Shown here: in pieces, positions 1-10,732 of the stretch
Numbering within the stretch: the first letter of the stretch is position 1
Layout: every line of letters starts with the position of its first letter
Made by a program: the position numbers and the translations under genes
Source of the DNA: Vulcanimicrobiota bacterium
GTDB lineage: Bacteria > Vulcanimicrobiota > Vulcanimicrobiia > Vulcanimicrobiales > Vulcanimicrobiaceae
Length of the DNA: 64,000 nucleotides
Direction: 5' to 3'
NCBI GenBank assembly: GCA_963695225.1
Contig: OY968762.1
Span: forward strand, 1,088,001-1,152,000
The notes under the pieces: generated by a model
Told to the model about the DNA's origin: nothing
What the model saw: only the letters and a program-made list of their open reading frames with translations
The model's database searches: none

Positions 1-537
1 AGGCTCGTCTTGCGGCCGCAGGAGATCAGCAACCATCCCGAAGTGATCAGGCGCCTCGGCTTGCTCTGCGTCAACACCGCGCTCGAGTGCGACATCTACG
101 GGAACGTGAACTCCACGCACGTGGGCGGCACGCACCTCATGAACGGCATCGGCGGCTCGGGGGATTTTGCGCGCAACGCCTCGATCGCGTTCTTCGTGAC
201 GAAATCGCTCGCGAAAGACGGCGACATCAGCAGCGTCGTCCCGATGGTGACGCACGTCGACCACAACGAGCACGACGTGGACGTGATCGTCACCGAGATA
301 GGACTCGCCGATCTGCGCGGTCTCGCGCCGCGCGAGCGCGCACGCAAGATCATCGCGAATTGCGTCCATCCGCTCTACCGGGACCGCTTGGCGGACTACT
401 TCGAGCGCGCTTCGCGGCGCGGCGGGCACACGCCGCAGTTGCTCGAGGAGGCGTTTTCGTGGCATCTTGATTACACGCGATACGGAACGATGCGCCGGCA
501 GGGCGGCATCCCCGAGCCGATCCCGGCCGCGCCCTAG
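1..537 (+). CDS. Acetyl-CoA hydrolase/succinate CoA-transferase, C-terminal part (5' truncated by window)
   Basis: NTALECDIYGNVNS, GIGGSGDF and HDVDVIVTEIGLADLRG motifs of the acetyl-CoA hydrolase/transferase C-terminal domain. Confidence 0.9.
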   Translation, partial: RLVLRPQEISNHPEVIRRLGLLCVNTALECDIYGNVNSTHVGGTHLMNGIGGSGDFARNASIAFFVTKSLAKDGDISSVVPMVTHVDHNEHDVDVIVTEIGLADLRGLAPRERARKIIANCVHPLYRDRLADYFERASRRGGHTPQLLEEAFSWHLDYTRYGTMRRQGGIPEPIPAAP

Positions 538-549
538 GAGTTGCCGAAG

Positions 550-1209
550 ATGCCCGGTCTGAATATGAAAGAGCCCGTGAACGCCTGGACCCACCTGGTG
601 GCCTGCGCCGCCGCCTTCGTGGGGCTCGTGTTCCTGGTCGTGCGCGCGTGGGGAAACGTCCCGAAGCTGACGGTCATGCTCGTCTACGGCCTCAGCGCGG
701 TCGCGCTGTTCGGCGCGAGCACGCTGTATCATTGGCTGAAGGCGTCGCCCAAGGTCGAGCTGCTCCTAAAGAGAGTCGACCACTCGGCGATCTACCTCAT
801 GATCGCCGGCTCCGCCACGCCCGTCTTCTATTACGGCCTCGATAGTGCGTGGCGCACCACGATGATCGCGGCGATGTGGGGCCTCGCCGCCGCCGGGATC
901 CTCGTGAAAGTGTGGTTCATCCGGTTGCCGCGCTCGATTTCGACCGCGTTCTACCTCGCGATGGGCTGGATCGCGGTGGTCCCGTTCGTCAAACTGCTCC
1001 ACACGCTGCCGCCCGTCGTGCTCGTCCTGCTGGCCGCCGGCGGCGTCTTCTACACGATCGGCGCGGTCATTTACGCGACCAAGCGCCTGGACTTCTTCCC
1101 GAACCGCTTCGGATTCCACGAGATCTTCCACCTGTTCGTCGTGGCCGGCGGGGCGGCGCACTATGCGATGATCGCGCTTCTCGTGCCTTTGGAACCGATC
1201 GCCCGGTAA
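550..1209 (+). CDS. Hemolysin III family (PAQR) membrane protein
   Basis: [24 protein letters not shown] and FHEIFHLFV motifs; about 7 TM segments. Confidence 0.9.
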   Translation: MPGLNMKEPVNAWTHLVACAAAFVGLVFLVVRAWGNVPKLTVMLVYGLSAVALFGASTLYHWLKASPKVELLLKRVDHSAIYLMIAGSATPVFYYGLDSAWRTTMIAAMWGLAAAGILVKVWFIRLPRSISTAFYLAMGWIAVVPFVKLLHTLPPVVLVLLAAGGVFYTIGAVIYATKRLDFFPNRFGFHEIFHLFVVAGGAAHYAMIALLVPLEPIAR

Positions 1210-1244
1210 CTTCGCCACGCCTTTTGCGGCTTCTCAGGGTGCGG

Positions 1245-1286
1245 TATACTTATTCCATGCATTGTTTCAAAGCGAGACCGCTATAG
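1245..1286 (+). promoter_or_regulatory. -10 box TATACT (1245-1250) and probable leaderless u[12 protein letters not shown] (1257-1286) upstream of infA
   Basis: TATACT then 6 nt then ATG; the uORF stop TAG overlaps the in-frame ATA of infA. Confidence 0.45.
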
Positions 1287-1582
1287 CCGCTCGCGGCTCC
1301 AATAACCGCCCCCGCCCGCTCGCGGAAGTCTCGAAAGAGGCCCCGCTCGAGCTCTTCGGCACCATCAAGCAGGTGTTCCCGAGCACGACCTTCGCGGTCG
1401 AACTCGAGAACGGTCAGACGATCCTCGCCCATATCGCCGGACGCTTGCGCCGCCACCGGATCAAGATTCTCCCCGGCGACCGGGTCGATCTCGAAATGTC
1501 GCCGTACGACCTGACGAAGGGGCGCATCGTCTACCGCTACCGCGCCGGCGAAGCTCGCCGCTCCTCCTCCTTCTCGAACTAG
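1283..1582 (+). CDS. infA: Translation initiation factor IF-1 (start uncertain: ATA 1283 or TTG 1262)
   Basis: [49 protein letters not shown] is the IF-1 signature. Confidence 0.93.
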   Translation: MAARGSNNRPRPLAEVSKEAPLELFGTIKQVFPSTTFAVELENGQTILAHIAGRLRRHRIKILPGDRVDLEMSPYDLTKGRIVYRYRAGEARRSSSFSN

Positions 1583-1599
1583 GAGAAGCGCGCTGGGCC

Positions 1600-1956
1600 T
1601 CAGGGGCCCTTGTTCAGCTTCTCGAGGTGGGTCTGGGCAGTCTCCATCGCCATCTTGGCATGGGTCTTCATCGCGGCATCCTTCCCGCAGCTCATCTCGT
1701 ACTTCGCGGCGGCGACCGTGAGCTTGTCAGCGTGCAGCATCAGTTCGCGTGCCATGACGTCGGCGCTCGCCGACATCGATTTCGCGGTGTCGATGCCGCT
1801 CGTATCGTGGAGCGCGGTCATGGCGCTCGTTTGCAGCGTGCCGCAATCCTTCATCATGCTCTCGCCGCTCATGCTCTGGGCACTGGCGGCCGTACCCCAG
1901 ATTGAAGCGAGTGCCAGGGCGGTGCCGAGCGCGATCGTTGGGACGATTCTCATCAT
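1600..1956 (-). CDS. Secreted Met-rich helical protein, distant DUF305/CopM-like
   Basis: Signal peptide (ASA-Q); AKYEMSCGKDAAMKTHA resembles the DUF305 ELxYGKDPEMRKLA pattern; GAGGAG RBS. Confidence 0.55.
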   Translation of the reverse strand: MMRIVPTIALGTALALASIWGTAASAQSMSGESMMKDCGTLQTSAMTALHDTSGIDTAKSMSASADVMARELMLHADKLTVAAAKYEMSCGKDAAMKTHAKMAMETAQTHLEKLNKGP

Positions 1957-2308
1957 GTGAACTCCTCAGGTCCGTTGGAACGTCGTGGCAAACGCCACGC
2001 GCTCACTCTAACCCGGCGCGGCGGAAAGCGCGGTAAGGTTCCTTACCATCGGACGGGCGGCTTCGGCGAGCGCGCTCAGCGCGTCCGAAACAGCGGCTTC
2101 ATCGAACGGACGCCCATCGCGAGCGTGAGAACCGACGCCGGCGAGTACCGCCATGAGAAGCGAGGCTTCATCCTGTCACTGCATGCGGCCGGCGCCGCAT
2201 GCTGATTGCGATCGTGACCACGCCTTGCCCCGCAGGCAAGCCTAGCTCCGGATCCGTGAGATCGGCGGATCCCGACGGTGCGCGGCTCCGCCCAGGCGGC
2301 GCTAGATA

Positions 2309-2536
2309 TCAGTAGTGGAAATAGAGCGCGAGGCCGGCCAAGGTCACGAAGAACACGACGAGCGCGAAGGCGGCCGCGACGACGATCCGAAGCGTCCCCG
2401 CCGCGTCGAACGAACTCTGCCGCGCCGGCCTTTCCTGCCGGGGTGCGGGCTCGTGCCCCTTGTGGACCACGTGCGGTTGCGGACGAACCGCCTTGAGGTC
2501 ATCAACGAAACTCGCCAAATCGCGGTCAGTCTTCAA
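2309..2536 (-). CDS. Small membrane protein with a C-terminal TM helix
   Basis: 75-aa ORF with a hydrophobic C-terminal stretch. Confidence 0.55.
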   Translation of the reverse strand: MKTDRDLASFVDDLKAVRPQPHVVHKGHEPAPRQERPARQSSFDAAGTLRIVVAAAFALVVFFVTLAGLALYFHY

Positions 2537-2681
2537 CGATCACTGCCTCGGGGTCGCACTGCATTATTAACATTCATAATACAGGGCCCGAGGCACTCCA
2601 AGAAGGCCGCGTCGTCCCCACAACCAGGGAAAAACGGCGCCTCCCTTGGTCCGATGGTCCCGGGCGAAACGACGCTTCGAG

Positions 2682-2942
2682 CTAGCTTCCGCCCAGCTTC
2701 TTCACGCGCTCGCCGAGTTCGGCGTTCAAGAGTTCCTTGATCGCCGCCGGATTCTGGAGCATCGAGGCCATGTTGTGCATCGCCACTAAGATGGCGATCT
2801 CTTGCACCGTTGGGTCGAGCGGCTCGTAGCGCGTCGGCAGCGCGCCCCACATCGATTTCCAGCCGTTCAACGGGGACAAGAAGAGCGACTGCAGTTCCGC
2901 GAATTGCGCCATCGGATTGAACAGATCGGGTTGTTCGGGCAT
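2682..2942 (-). CDS. Hypothetical helical protein
   Basis: GGAGG RBS before ATG; protein-like composition. Confidence 0.65.
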   Translation of the reverse strand: MPEQPDLFNPMAQFAELQSLFLSPLNGWKSMWGALPTRYEPLDPTVQEIAILVAMHNMASMLQNPAAIKELLNAELGERVKKLGGS

Positions 2943-3116
2943 CGAGAATCCTCCAAGCAACGCGATTGCTACGCTTGCAGCCGCCTTCCTCTCCCGCGAG
3001 CGGGACGGAGCGCCTCACGCGCCGGGCGAGGAGCCGCAAGCGCCGCGAAGTATAACGCATCAACGCGGCACGCCTCGAGTCTGGCCCACGGCGATCGGGC
3101 CGCAGAGAAGGACGCG

Positions 3117-4118
3117 ATGGATCTCCAAACCACGTACATGGGCTTGCGCCTGCGCAGCCCGCTCGTTGCCTCCGCTTCGCCGTTGACGGCATCGCTCGCG
3201 AACATCGTCAAGCTCGCGGACTGCGGTGCCGGGGCCGTCGTCCTCCCCTCGATCTTCCAAGAGCAGATCGAGAGCGAACGCGACGATCTCGAGCGGCGCA
3301 GCGCGATCGGGAGCGAGAGTTCCCCCGAGGCGCTCAGCTACTTCCCGAGCCGCGACGCCTACGCGGTCGGCACGCGGCGCTATCTGGAGCTGATCCGGCG
3401 CGCCCGCGCCGCGGTCGACATCCCGATCGTCGCCAGCTTGAACGGGACGACGAACGAGGGCTGGATCGACTTCGCCGAACAGATCGAAGACGCGGGCGCG
3501 AACGCACTCGAACTGAACGTCTACTTCATTCCGGCGGATATCGCGTTGAGCGGGCACGACGTCGAGCAACGATACCTCGACATCCTCCAGGCCGTGCGGC
3601 GAGCCGTGCGCATCCCGCTCGCCGTGAAACTAAGCCCATTCTTCAGCGCGCCCGGCGCATTCGCGCGCCGGCTCCAAGATGGGGGAGCCGACGCGCTCGT
3701 TCTGTTCAACCGCTTCTACCAGCCGGATATCGATCTCGCGAGCCTCTCGATCCGTAACGATTTAGAGCTGAGTTCACGGCACGAAATCCGCTTGCCGCTC
3801 CTGTGGATCGCCATCCTCGCCGGGCGCATGAACCTCTCGCTCGCGGCGACGACGGGCGTCGAGAGCGCGGAGGAGGTCGCGAAGTACTTGCTCGCGGGCG
3901 CCGATGTCGTGATGACGGCGTCTTCGCTGCTGCGCGGCGGCGTGGAGCACATGACGACGCTCGTGCAAGGGCTCGAAGCGTGGCTCGCCGCGCGATCGTT
4001 CACCTCGCTCGCGCAGGTTCGAGGCCTGCTCAGCCAAGAGCGGATCGCCGACCCTACCGCGTTCGAACGAGCGAATTACATCCAGGTCTTGCAGAGCTAC
4101 GCGATCACCGGCGTTTGA
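3117..4118 (+). CDS. Dihydroorotate dehydrogenase-like FMN protein
   Basis: MDLQTTYMGLRLRSPLVASASP, ALELN, VKLSP, LFNRFYQPDID and FERANY motifs. Confidence 0.88.
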   Translation: MDLQTTYMGLRLRSPLVASASPLTASLANIVKLADCGAGAVVLPSIFQEQIESERDDLERRSAIGSESSPEALSYFPSRDAYAVGTRRYLELIRRARAAVDIPIVASLNGTTNEGWIDFAEQIEDAGANALELNVYFIPADIALSGHDVEQRYLDILQAVRRAVRIPLAVKLSPFFSAPGAFARRLQDGGADALVLFNRFYQPDIDLASLSIRNDLELSSRHEIRLPLLWIAILAGRMNLSLAATTGVESAEEVAKYLLAGADVVMTASSLLRGGVEHMTTLVQGLEAWLAARSFTSLAQVRGLLSQERIADPTAFERANYIQVLQSYAITGV

Positions 4119-5691
4119 GCATCTCGCGCGCCGCGTTCCAGCCCGGCGCGCCCATCACGCCGCCGCCGGGATGCGCGGCCGATCCGCACAGATAGAGGCG
4201 GTTGATCGGAGTCCGGTACCCGGCGTAGCCCGGCACCGGCCGGAATGCGAACAGATTGCTCAGTCCCATCGCGCCTTGGAAGATGTTCCCGCCCGTCAGG
4301 TTGAACGTTCGCTCGAGATCGACGGGGCTCAACACTTGACGGTCGATCACCGATGCCGTGAAGCCGGGCGCGTAGCGCTCGACGATCGCGAAGCACGAAT
4401 CGGCAAACGCGTTCTTGGCCGCATCGTCCCACGCGCCGTCCGCGAGCGCGTACGGCGCATACTGGCAGAACATCGACATCAGGTGTTTCCCCGGCGGCGC
4501 GACCGAAGGGTCGACGGACGAGGGGATCGTGCATTCGACGACCGGCTCGCGCGAAGGGCGGCCGTATTTCGCGTCGTCGTAGCCGCGTTCGATGAAGTCC
4601 TGATTCGGGCAGAGATGGATCGTGCCGCGATGCTGAGGCCCCGGCGCCGAGCCGGGAGCCGCCGTGAAATCGGGGAGCGCCGAAAGCGCGACGTTGATCT
4701 TCGCCGAGGCGCTGCCGTAATCGATCCGCTTGATTTCGGCGAGGAAATCCGCGGGCAACTCCGAGGGATCCAGATACGTCTCGAACGTGAGGCGGCAATC
4801 GACGCTGCTCGCGACGTTGCGCGCGCGCACCTCGTCCCCGTTCGCCAACACGACGCCGTACGCGGTCCCGTTTTGCACGAGGATCCGCCGAACTTCCGCT
4901 TCGGTCCGGATCTCGACGCCGAGATCGAGCGCCGCTTTCGCAAGCGCCTGCGTGAGGCCGCCCATCCCGCCTTTCACGTAGCTCCACACGCCGCGCGCGC
5001 CGTTCGTCTCGCCCATGACGTGATGGAAGAGCACGTAGGCCGTCCCCGGCATCGAGGGCGCGGCGAACGCCCCGATGATCGCGTCGGTTGCGAGCGTCGC
5101 CTTCAGTTCCTCGGATTCGAACCAGCGATCGAGGATCGGCCGCGCCGCGCCCGTCAACACCTCGACCGCCTCGCCCATCGCGCCGTCGAGATCCGTGAAG
5201 CGCCGGCCGAGCCCGATGAGCCCGAGCAGATCGGAAGGGCCCGTATTGCGCAGGTTCGGCGGCGTCTGCGTGAGCGTCGGCTCGATGACGCGGGCGACCC
5301 GCTCGAGCATTTCCACGTACTTCGGGTATCTCTCCGCGTCCGCGGCGCTGAACTTCGCGATCTCGCGCAGGTTCGCGGCCTCGTCCGGACCTAGAAACAG
5401 CGCACGGCCGTCCTCGAACGGAGAGAAGGACGACGGGTTTCGCTCGACCGTTTCGAAGCCGTATTCGCGCAATCCGAGATCCCAGATGATCTCGGGGCGG
5501 AACAGGCTGTTGACGTATGCCGCGGTCGACACCTTGAAACCGGGGAAGACGTTCTCTTCGGTGACGCACGCCCCGCCCACGATGTAGCGCCGTTCGAGGA
5601 CGAGCACCTTCCACTTCGCGCGAGCGAGGTAGCACGCCGCTACGAGGCCGTTGTGCCCGCCCCCGATGATGACGGCGTCGTAGAGTGCCAT
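4105..5691 (-). CDS. Phytoene desaturase-family FAD/NAD(P) oxidoreductase
   Basis: IIGGGHNGL dinucleotide-binding motif; YLCGSAAHPGGGVMGAPG C-terminal motif. Confidence 0.88.
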   Translation of the reverse strand: MALYDAVIIGGGHNGLVAACYLARAKWKVLVLERRYIVGGACVTEENVFPGFKVSTAAYVNSLFRPEIIWDLGLREYGFETVERNPSSFSPFEDGRALFLGPDEAANLREIAKFSAADAERYPKYVEMLERVARVIEPTLTQTPPNLRNTGPSDLLGLIGLGRRFTDLDGAMGEAVEVLTGAARPILDRWFESEELKATLATDAIIGAFAAPSMPGTAYVLFHHVMGETNGARGVWSYVKGGMGGLTQALAKAALDLGVEIRTEAEVRRILVQNGTAYGVVLANGDEVRARNVASSVDCRLTFETYLDPSELPADFLAEIKRIDYGSASAKINVALSALPDFTAAPGSAPGPQHRGTIHLCPNQDFIERGYDDAKYGRPSREPVVECTIPSSVDPSVAPPGKHLMSMFCQYAPYALADGAWDDAAKNAFADSCFAIVERYAPGFTASVIDRQVLSPVDLERTFNLTGGNIFQGAMGLSNLFAFRPVPGYAGYRTPINRLYLCGSAAHPGGGVMGAPGWNAAREMLKRR

Positions 5692-5711
5692 GCGCGGCTC
5701 GTGCCTCCGCC

Positions 5712-6896
5712 TCAGAGCCGCTCGAAGATCCCCGCGATCCCCTGCCCGCCGCCGATGCACATCGTGACGAGCGCGTACCGCCCGCCGGTGCGGCGCAGTT
5801 CGTAGATCGCCTTGAGCGTCAGGATGCAGCCCGTCGCACCGATCGGGTGGCCGAGCGCGATCGCGCCGCCGTTCGGGTTGAGCTTGACCGGATCGAACCC
5901 GAGTTCACCCGCGACCGCGCACGCTTGTGCAGCGAACGCCTCGTTCGATTCGATCACGTCGATGTCATCGAGTGTGAGCCCCGCGCGCTGCAAGGCGTTC
6001 CGTACGGCCGGAATCGGACCGATGCCCATGATCTTCGAATCGACGCCGGAGTGCCCGTACGCCACGAGGCGCGCGAGCGGCTGGTGTCCGGCACGTTCGG
6101 CGACGCCGGCTTCCATCAACACGACGGCTGCGGCGGCATCGTTGATCCCCGAAGCGTTCCCGGCCGTGACGGTCCCATCCGGTTTGAAGACGGTGCGCAA
6201 CTTCGCGAGCGCCTCGGCCGTCGTCTCGGCGCGCACGTGCTCGTCGGTATCGAAGAGCACCGGCCCCTTCTTCGTCTTCAGCTCGACGGGGACGATCTGC
6301 TCCTTGAAACGCCCCTCCGCGATCGCGCGCGCCGCACGCCGCTGACTTTCGAGCGCGAGCGCGTCCTGCTGCTCGCGCGTGATGCCGTACTTCGCCGCGA
6401 CGTTCTCCGCCGTGACGCCCATGTGGATCGTATCGAACGGATCGGTCAGCGCGCCGACGGTCATGTCGATGTACTCGCCGTTCCCCATGCGCTGCCCCCA
6501 GCGCAGCGCCGGGATCGCGTACGCTCCGCGGCTCATCGATTCCACGCCGCCCGCGACCGCGGTATCGGTATCCCCGACCAGGATCGTCTGAGCCGCGGTC
6601 ACGATCGCCTGGAAGCCGCTCCCGCACAGACGGTTCAGCGTGAACGCGGGGACCTCGTAGGGGAGGCCGCCGTCGATCGCGGCGACCCGCGAAACGTACA
6701 TGTCGCGCGGCTCCGTGTGGATCACGTTGCCGAAGACGACTTGCCCGACGCTCGCCGGGTCGATCCGCGAGCGTTTGACCGCCTCGCGGATGACGATCGC
6801 CCCGAGCTTCGTCGGCGGCGTATCCTTGAGGCTTCCACCATACGTGCCGATCGCGGTCCGCGCACCGCTGACGACGACGACGCTTCGTTCGGACAT
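5712..6896 (-). CDS. Acetyl-CoA C-acyltransferase (beta-ketothiolase, BktB-like)
   Basis: NRLCGSG, NEAFA, GHPIGATG and MCIGGGQG thiolase motifs. Confidence 0.93.
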   Translation of the reverse strand: MSERSVVVVSGARTAIGTYGGSLKDTPPTKLGAIVIREAVKRSRIDPASVGQVVFGNVIHTEPRDMYVSRVAAIDGGLPYEVPAFTLNRLCGSGFQAIVTAAQTILVGDTDTAVAGGVESMSRGAYAIPALRWGQRMGNGEYIDMTVGALTDPFDTIHMGVTAENVAAKYGITREQQDALALESQRRAARAIAEGRFKEQIVPVELKTKKGPVLFDTDEHVRAETTAEALAKLRTVFKPDGTVTAGNASGINDAAAAVVLMEAGVAERAGHQPLARLVAYGHSGVDSKIMGIGPIPAVRNALQRAGLTLDDIDVIESNEAFAAQACAVAGELGFDPVKLNPNGGAIALGHPIGATGCILTLKAIYELRRTGGRYALVTMCIGGGQGIAGIFERL

Positions 6897-6981
6897 GACA
6901 TCTCCTCTTGACGGCGTTTATCGACCCGCCGAGCGCTTCGCTGGGGGCATCGCGCGCCCCCGCGAAGCGAGCCGGGCAGGT

Positions 6982-7902
6982 CTAGAAGACGATCGTCCGC
7001 GGCCCGTTGACCAGCACGCGCTGGGCGACGTGCAGCTTCACGGCACGCGCCAGGACCATCGACTCGATGTCCCTCCCGATGACGACGAGGTCGGAGACGG
7101 TCGCGGCGTGATCGACGCGCGCGACGTCCTGCTCGATGATCGGGCCCTCGTCGAGATCTCCGGTCACGTAGTGCGCCGTCGCGCCGATGATCTTCACGCC
7201 CCGCGCGTGCGCTTGCGCGTAGGGCCGCGCGCCTTTGAAGCTCGGCAAGAACGAATGATGGATGTTGATCGCGCGCCCTGCAAGGACGCGGCAGAGGTCG
7301 TCGGAGAGTACCTGCATGTAGCGCGCCAGCACGACGAGATCGATCCGCTCCCGCTCGAAGATTTCGAGAATCGCCGCTTCCTGCGCAACGCGATTCGCGT
7401 TCGTGACCGGCAGGTAATGGAACGGAACGCCGTAGGCGACCGCGAGATCGCGCAGATCCTCGTGGTTGGAGACGATCGCCGGGATCTCGACGGGCAACTC
7501 GCCGGATCCGTACCGAAAGAGCAGATCGTTCAGGCAATGGCCTTGCCGCGACACGAGCAGCAACAGACGCGGCTTGACGGCCCGGTCCCGGATGCGGAAC
7601 GTCATGCCGAAGCGCTCGGCGACCGGCGCAAACGCGAGCCGAAGCTCGCCGGCGGTGTAACGCCGCTCGCCACGGCCGACGTGCGCGAACGCGACGCGCA
7701 TGAAGAACCGGTTCGCGGGCTCGTCGCCGAACTGGGCGCTATCGATGATATTGCAATGCCGTTCGACGAGGAATCCCGAGACGGCGTGAACGATGCCGAC
7801 GGCGTCTTCGCAGGAGAGGGTCAGAATGAAATCCGAGCCGTGCGGGAGGATCGGGTCGGCTTGCCGGATCGGTCGGTCGGGTGTGATGTCGGATCTCGCT
7901 AT
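6982..7902 (-). CDS. purU: Formyltetrahydrofolate deformylase (start non-canonical and uncertain)
   Basis: ACT domain FILTLSCEDAVGIVHAVS in frame upstream of the ATG at 7701; LARYMQVLS, INIHHSFLPSFKGARPY and LDEGPIIEQ motifs. Confidence 0.92.
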   Translation of the reverse strand: MARSDITPDRPIRQADPILPHGSDFILTLSCEDAVGIVHAVSGFLVERHCNIIDSAQFGDEPANRFFMRVAFAHVGRGERRYTAGELRLAFAPVAERFGMTFRIRDRAVKPRLLLLVSRQGHCLNDLLFRYGSGELPVEIPAIVSNHEDLRDLAVAYGVPFHYLPVTNANRVAQEAAILEIFERERIDLVVLARYMQVLSDDLCRVLAGRAINIHHSFLPSFKGARPYAQAHARGVKIIGATAHYVTGDLDEGPIIEQDVARVDHAATVSDLVVIGRDIESMVLARAVKLHVAQRVLVNGPRTIVF

Positions 7903-7997
7903 CGGGGAATGCGGATTGGCCGGGACTTCGGGCGCAAGCGCCGCCGGACCTCATCGCCGTTCCAAGGATGCCCCTTCGCACGGCCGAACAGGCGGAT

Positions 7998-8504
7998 ATG
8001 GGAAAAATCGATGGAGCGCTCGGCGCCGTTGAAATCGGCGCAACGGCTCTTTGGGTCGGCGCAAGCGCCGGCTTCGCGTTCGTCAATGCGCCGGTCGCGT
8101 TCAAGCTCGTCACGGACCGCGACGTCTTCGCGGAGATCACCGGGCAGACGCTGGCGCGCCTCGCGTCGCTGACGTACGTCTCCGGCGGCATCGCGGCGGG
8201 CGCGGCGCTCTTGCGCGCGGTCATCAGTCCGGACGCCCGCGCGAGCGACCTCATCCGCGCCGCCGCCGGCGGAACCGCACTCGCCACGGTCGCATATCAC
8301 GAGAGCGCGATCGTCCCCGCGATGGCGGAGGCGCAGAAGGCGATGGGCGGATCCTTCCAGGGCGTAGCCGAGGATGACCCGGCGCGCCTTGCCTACAAGG
8401 ACATGCACGACGTCTCGACGCGCGTCTACGGCAGCGCGCTGCTGCTCGGCGCCGCCGAACTGCTCCTAGCCGCCACACGCCCCCGCCGCACCGCCGCCCA
8501 ATAA
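7998..8504 (+). CDS. DUF4149-like membrane protein
   Basis: LWVGASAGFAFVNAPVAF and the MHDVSTRV pattern; 4 hydrophobic helices. Confidence 0.7.
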   Translation: MGKIDGALGAVEIGATALWVGASAGFAFVNAPVAFKLVTDRDVFAEITGQTLARLASLTYVSGGIAAGAALLRAVISPDARASDLIRAAAGGTALATVAYHESAIVPAMAEAQKAMGGSFQGVAEDDPARLAYKDMHDVSTRVYGSALLLGAAELLLAATRPRRTAAQ

Positions 8505-8561
8505 TCTTCCACCCCACCCTCGTCCGGAGCGGAGAGAGCGCAGCCGCCCTTCGACCAGGTA

Positions 8562-8803
8562 GCGGGCGGTGCGGGGCGACGCTCTCCCGCGGGGCGTGCA
8601 GCTTGCCCGCGGAGCCACGATGGCGGGAGCGGAGGGGGCCCCACGCGCTTCGCGTGTGGGGGGCGCGGAGCCGAAGGCGTAGCGCCTTTTCAACTGCCCG
8701 GGGTCCCCGCGATGCGTTAGCATCGTGGGGTGGGAGTAGCGATTTCGCATGGATGCGAAATCGCGGGCGTCCCCGCGGGGGACCGTCGCCCCGCACCGCC
8801 CGC
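8562..8803. repeat. MITE/REP-like element with 20-bp perfect terminal inverted repeats and nested hairpins
   Basis: GCGGGCGGTGCGGGGCGACG (8562-8581) versus its reverse complement (8784-8803); internal palindromes near 8639-8661, 8705-8730 and 8739-8764. Confidence 0.7.
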
Positions 8804-8838
8804 GGGGCCAGCGATCAGCCCAACAAGCTGACGCTAGT

Positions 8839-10506
<1,668 letters not shown>

Positions 10507-10732
10507 ACGGCGCACTTACGCGCTGACGCCGCGCGCATCCCGCGAATGAGCAGCGGGCGGCCGGACCGCGCGGCCGGGCGGCGAAGGTTCCGGACCGCGG
10601 GCGAAACCGCATCGCGGGGCGAATGCACGAAGGGGCCCGACCCAGGCGAGCGAAACCCCCGGGGGTACTTTTTGCCGGGCTGGACTCGGAAGCTCCGCTT
10701 TCGACGGCGTGACTCAAGTCGAGGAGAACGCG

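Noticed and set aside
2008..2155. Possible ~48-aa minus-strand ORF (MAVLAGVGSH...)
   Set aside because: No RBS or homology evidence; cannot be told from chance.
10520..10700. Possible riboswitch upstream of the FBPase-prkB pair
   Set aside because: GC-rich hairpins only; no conserved aptamer motif could be matched.
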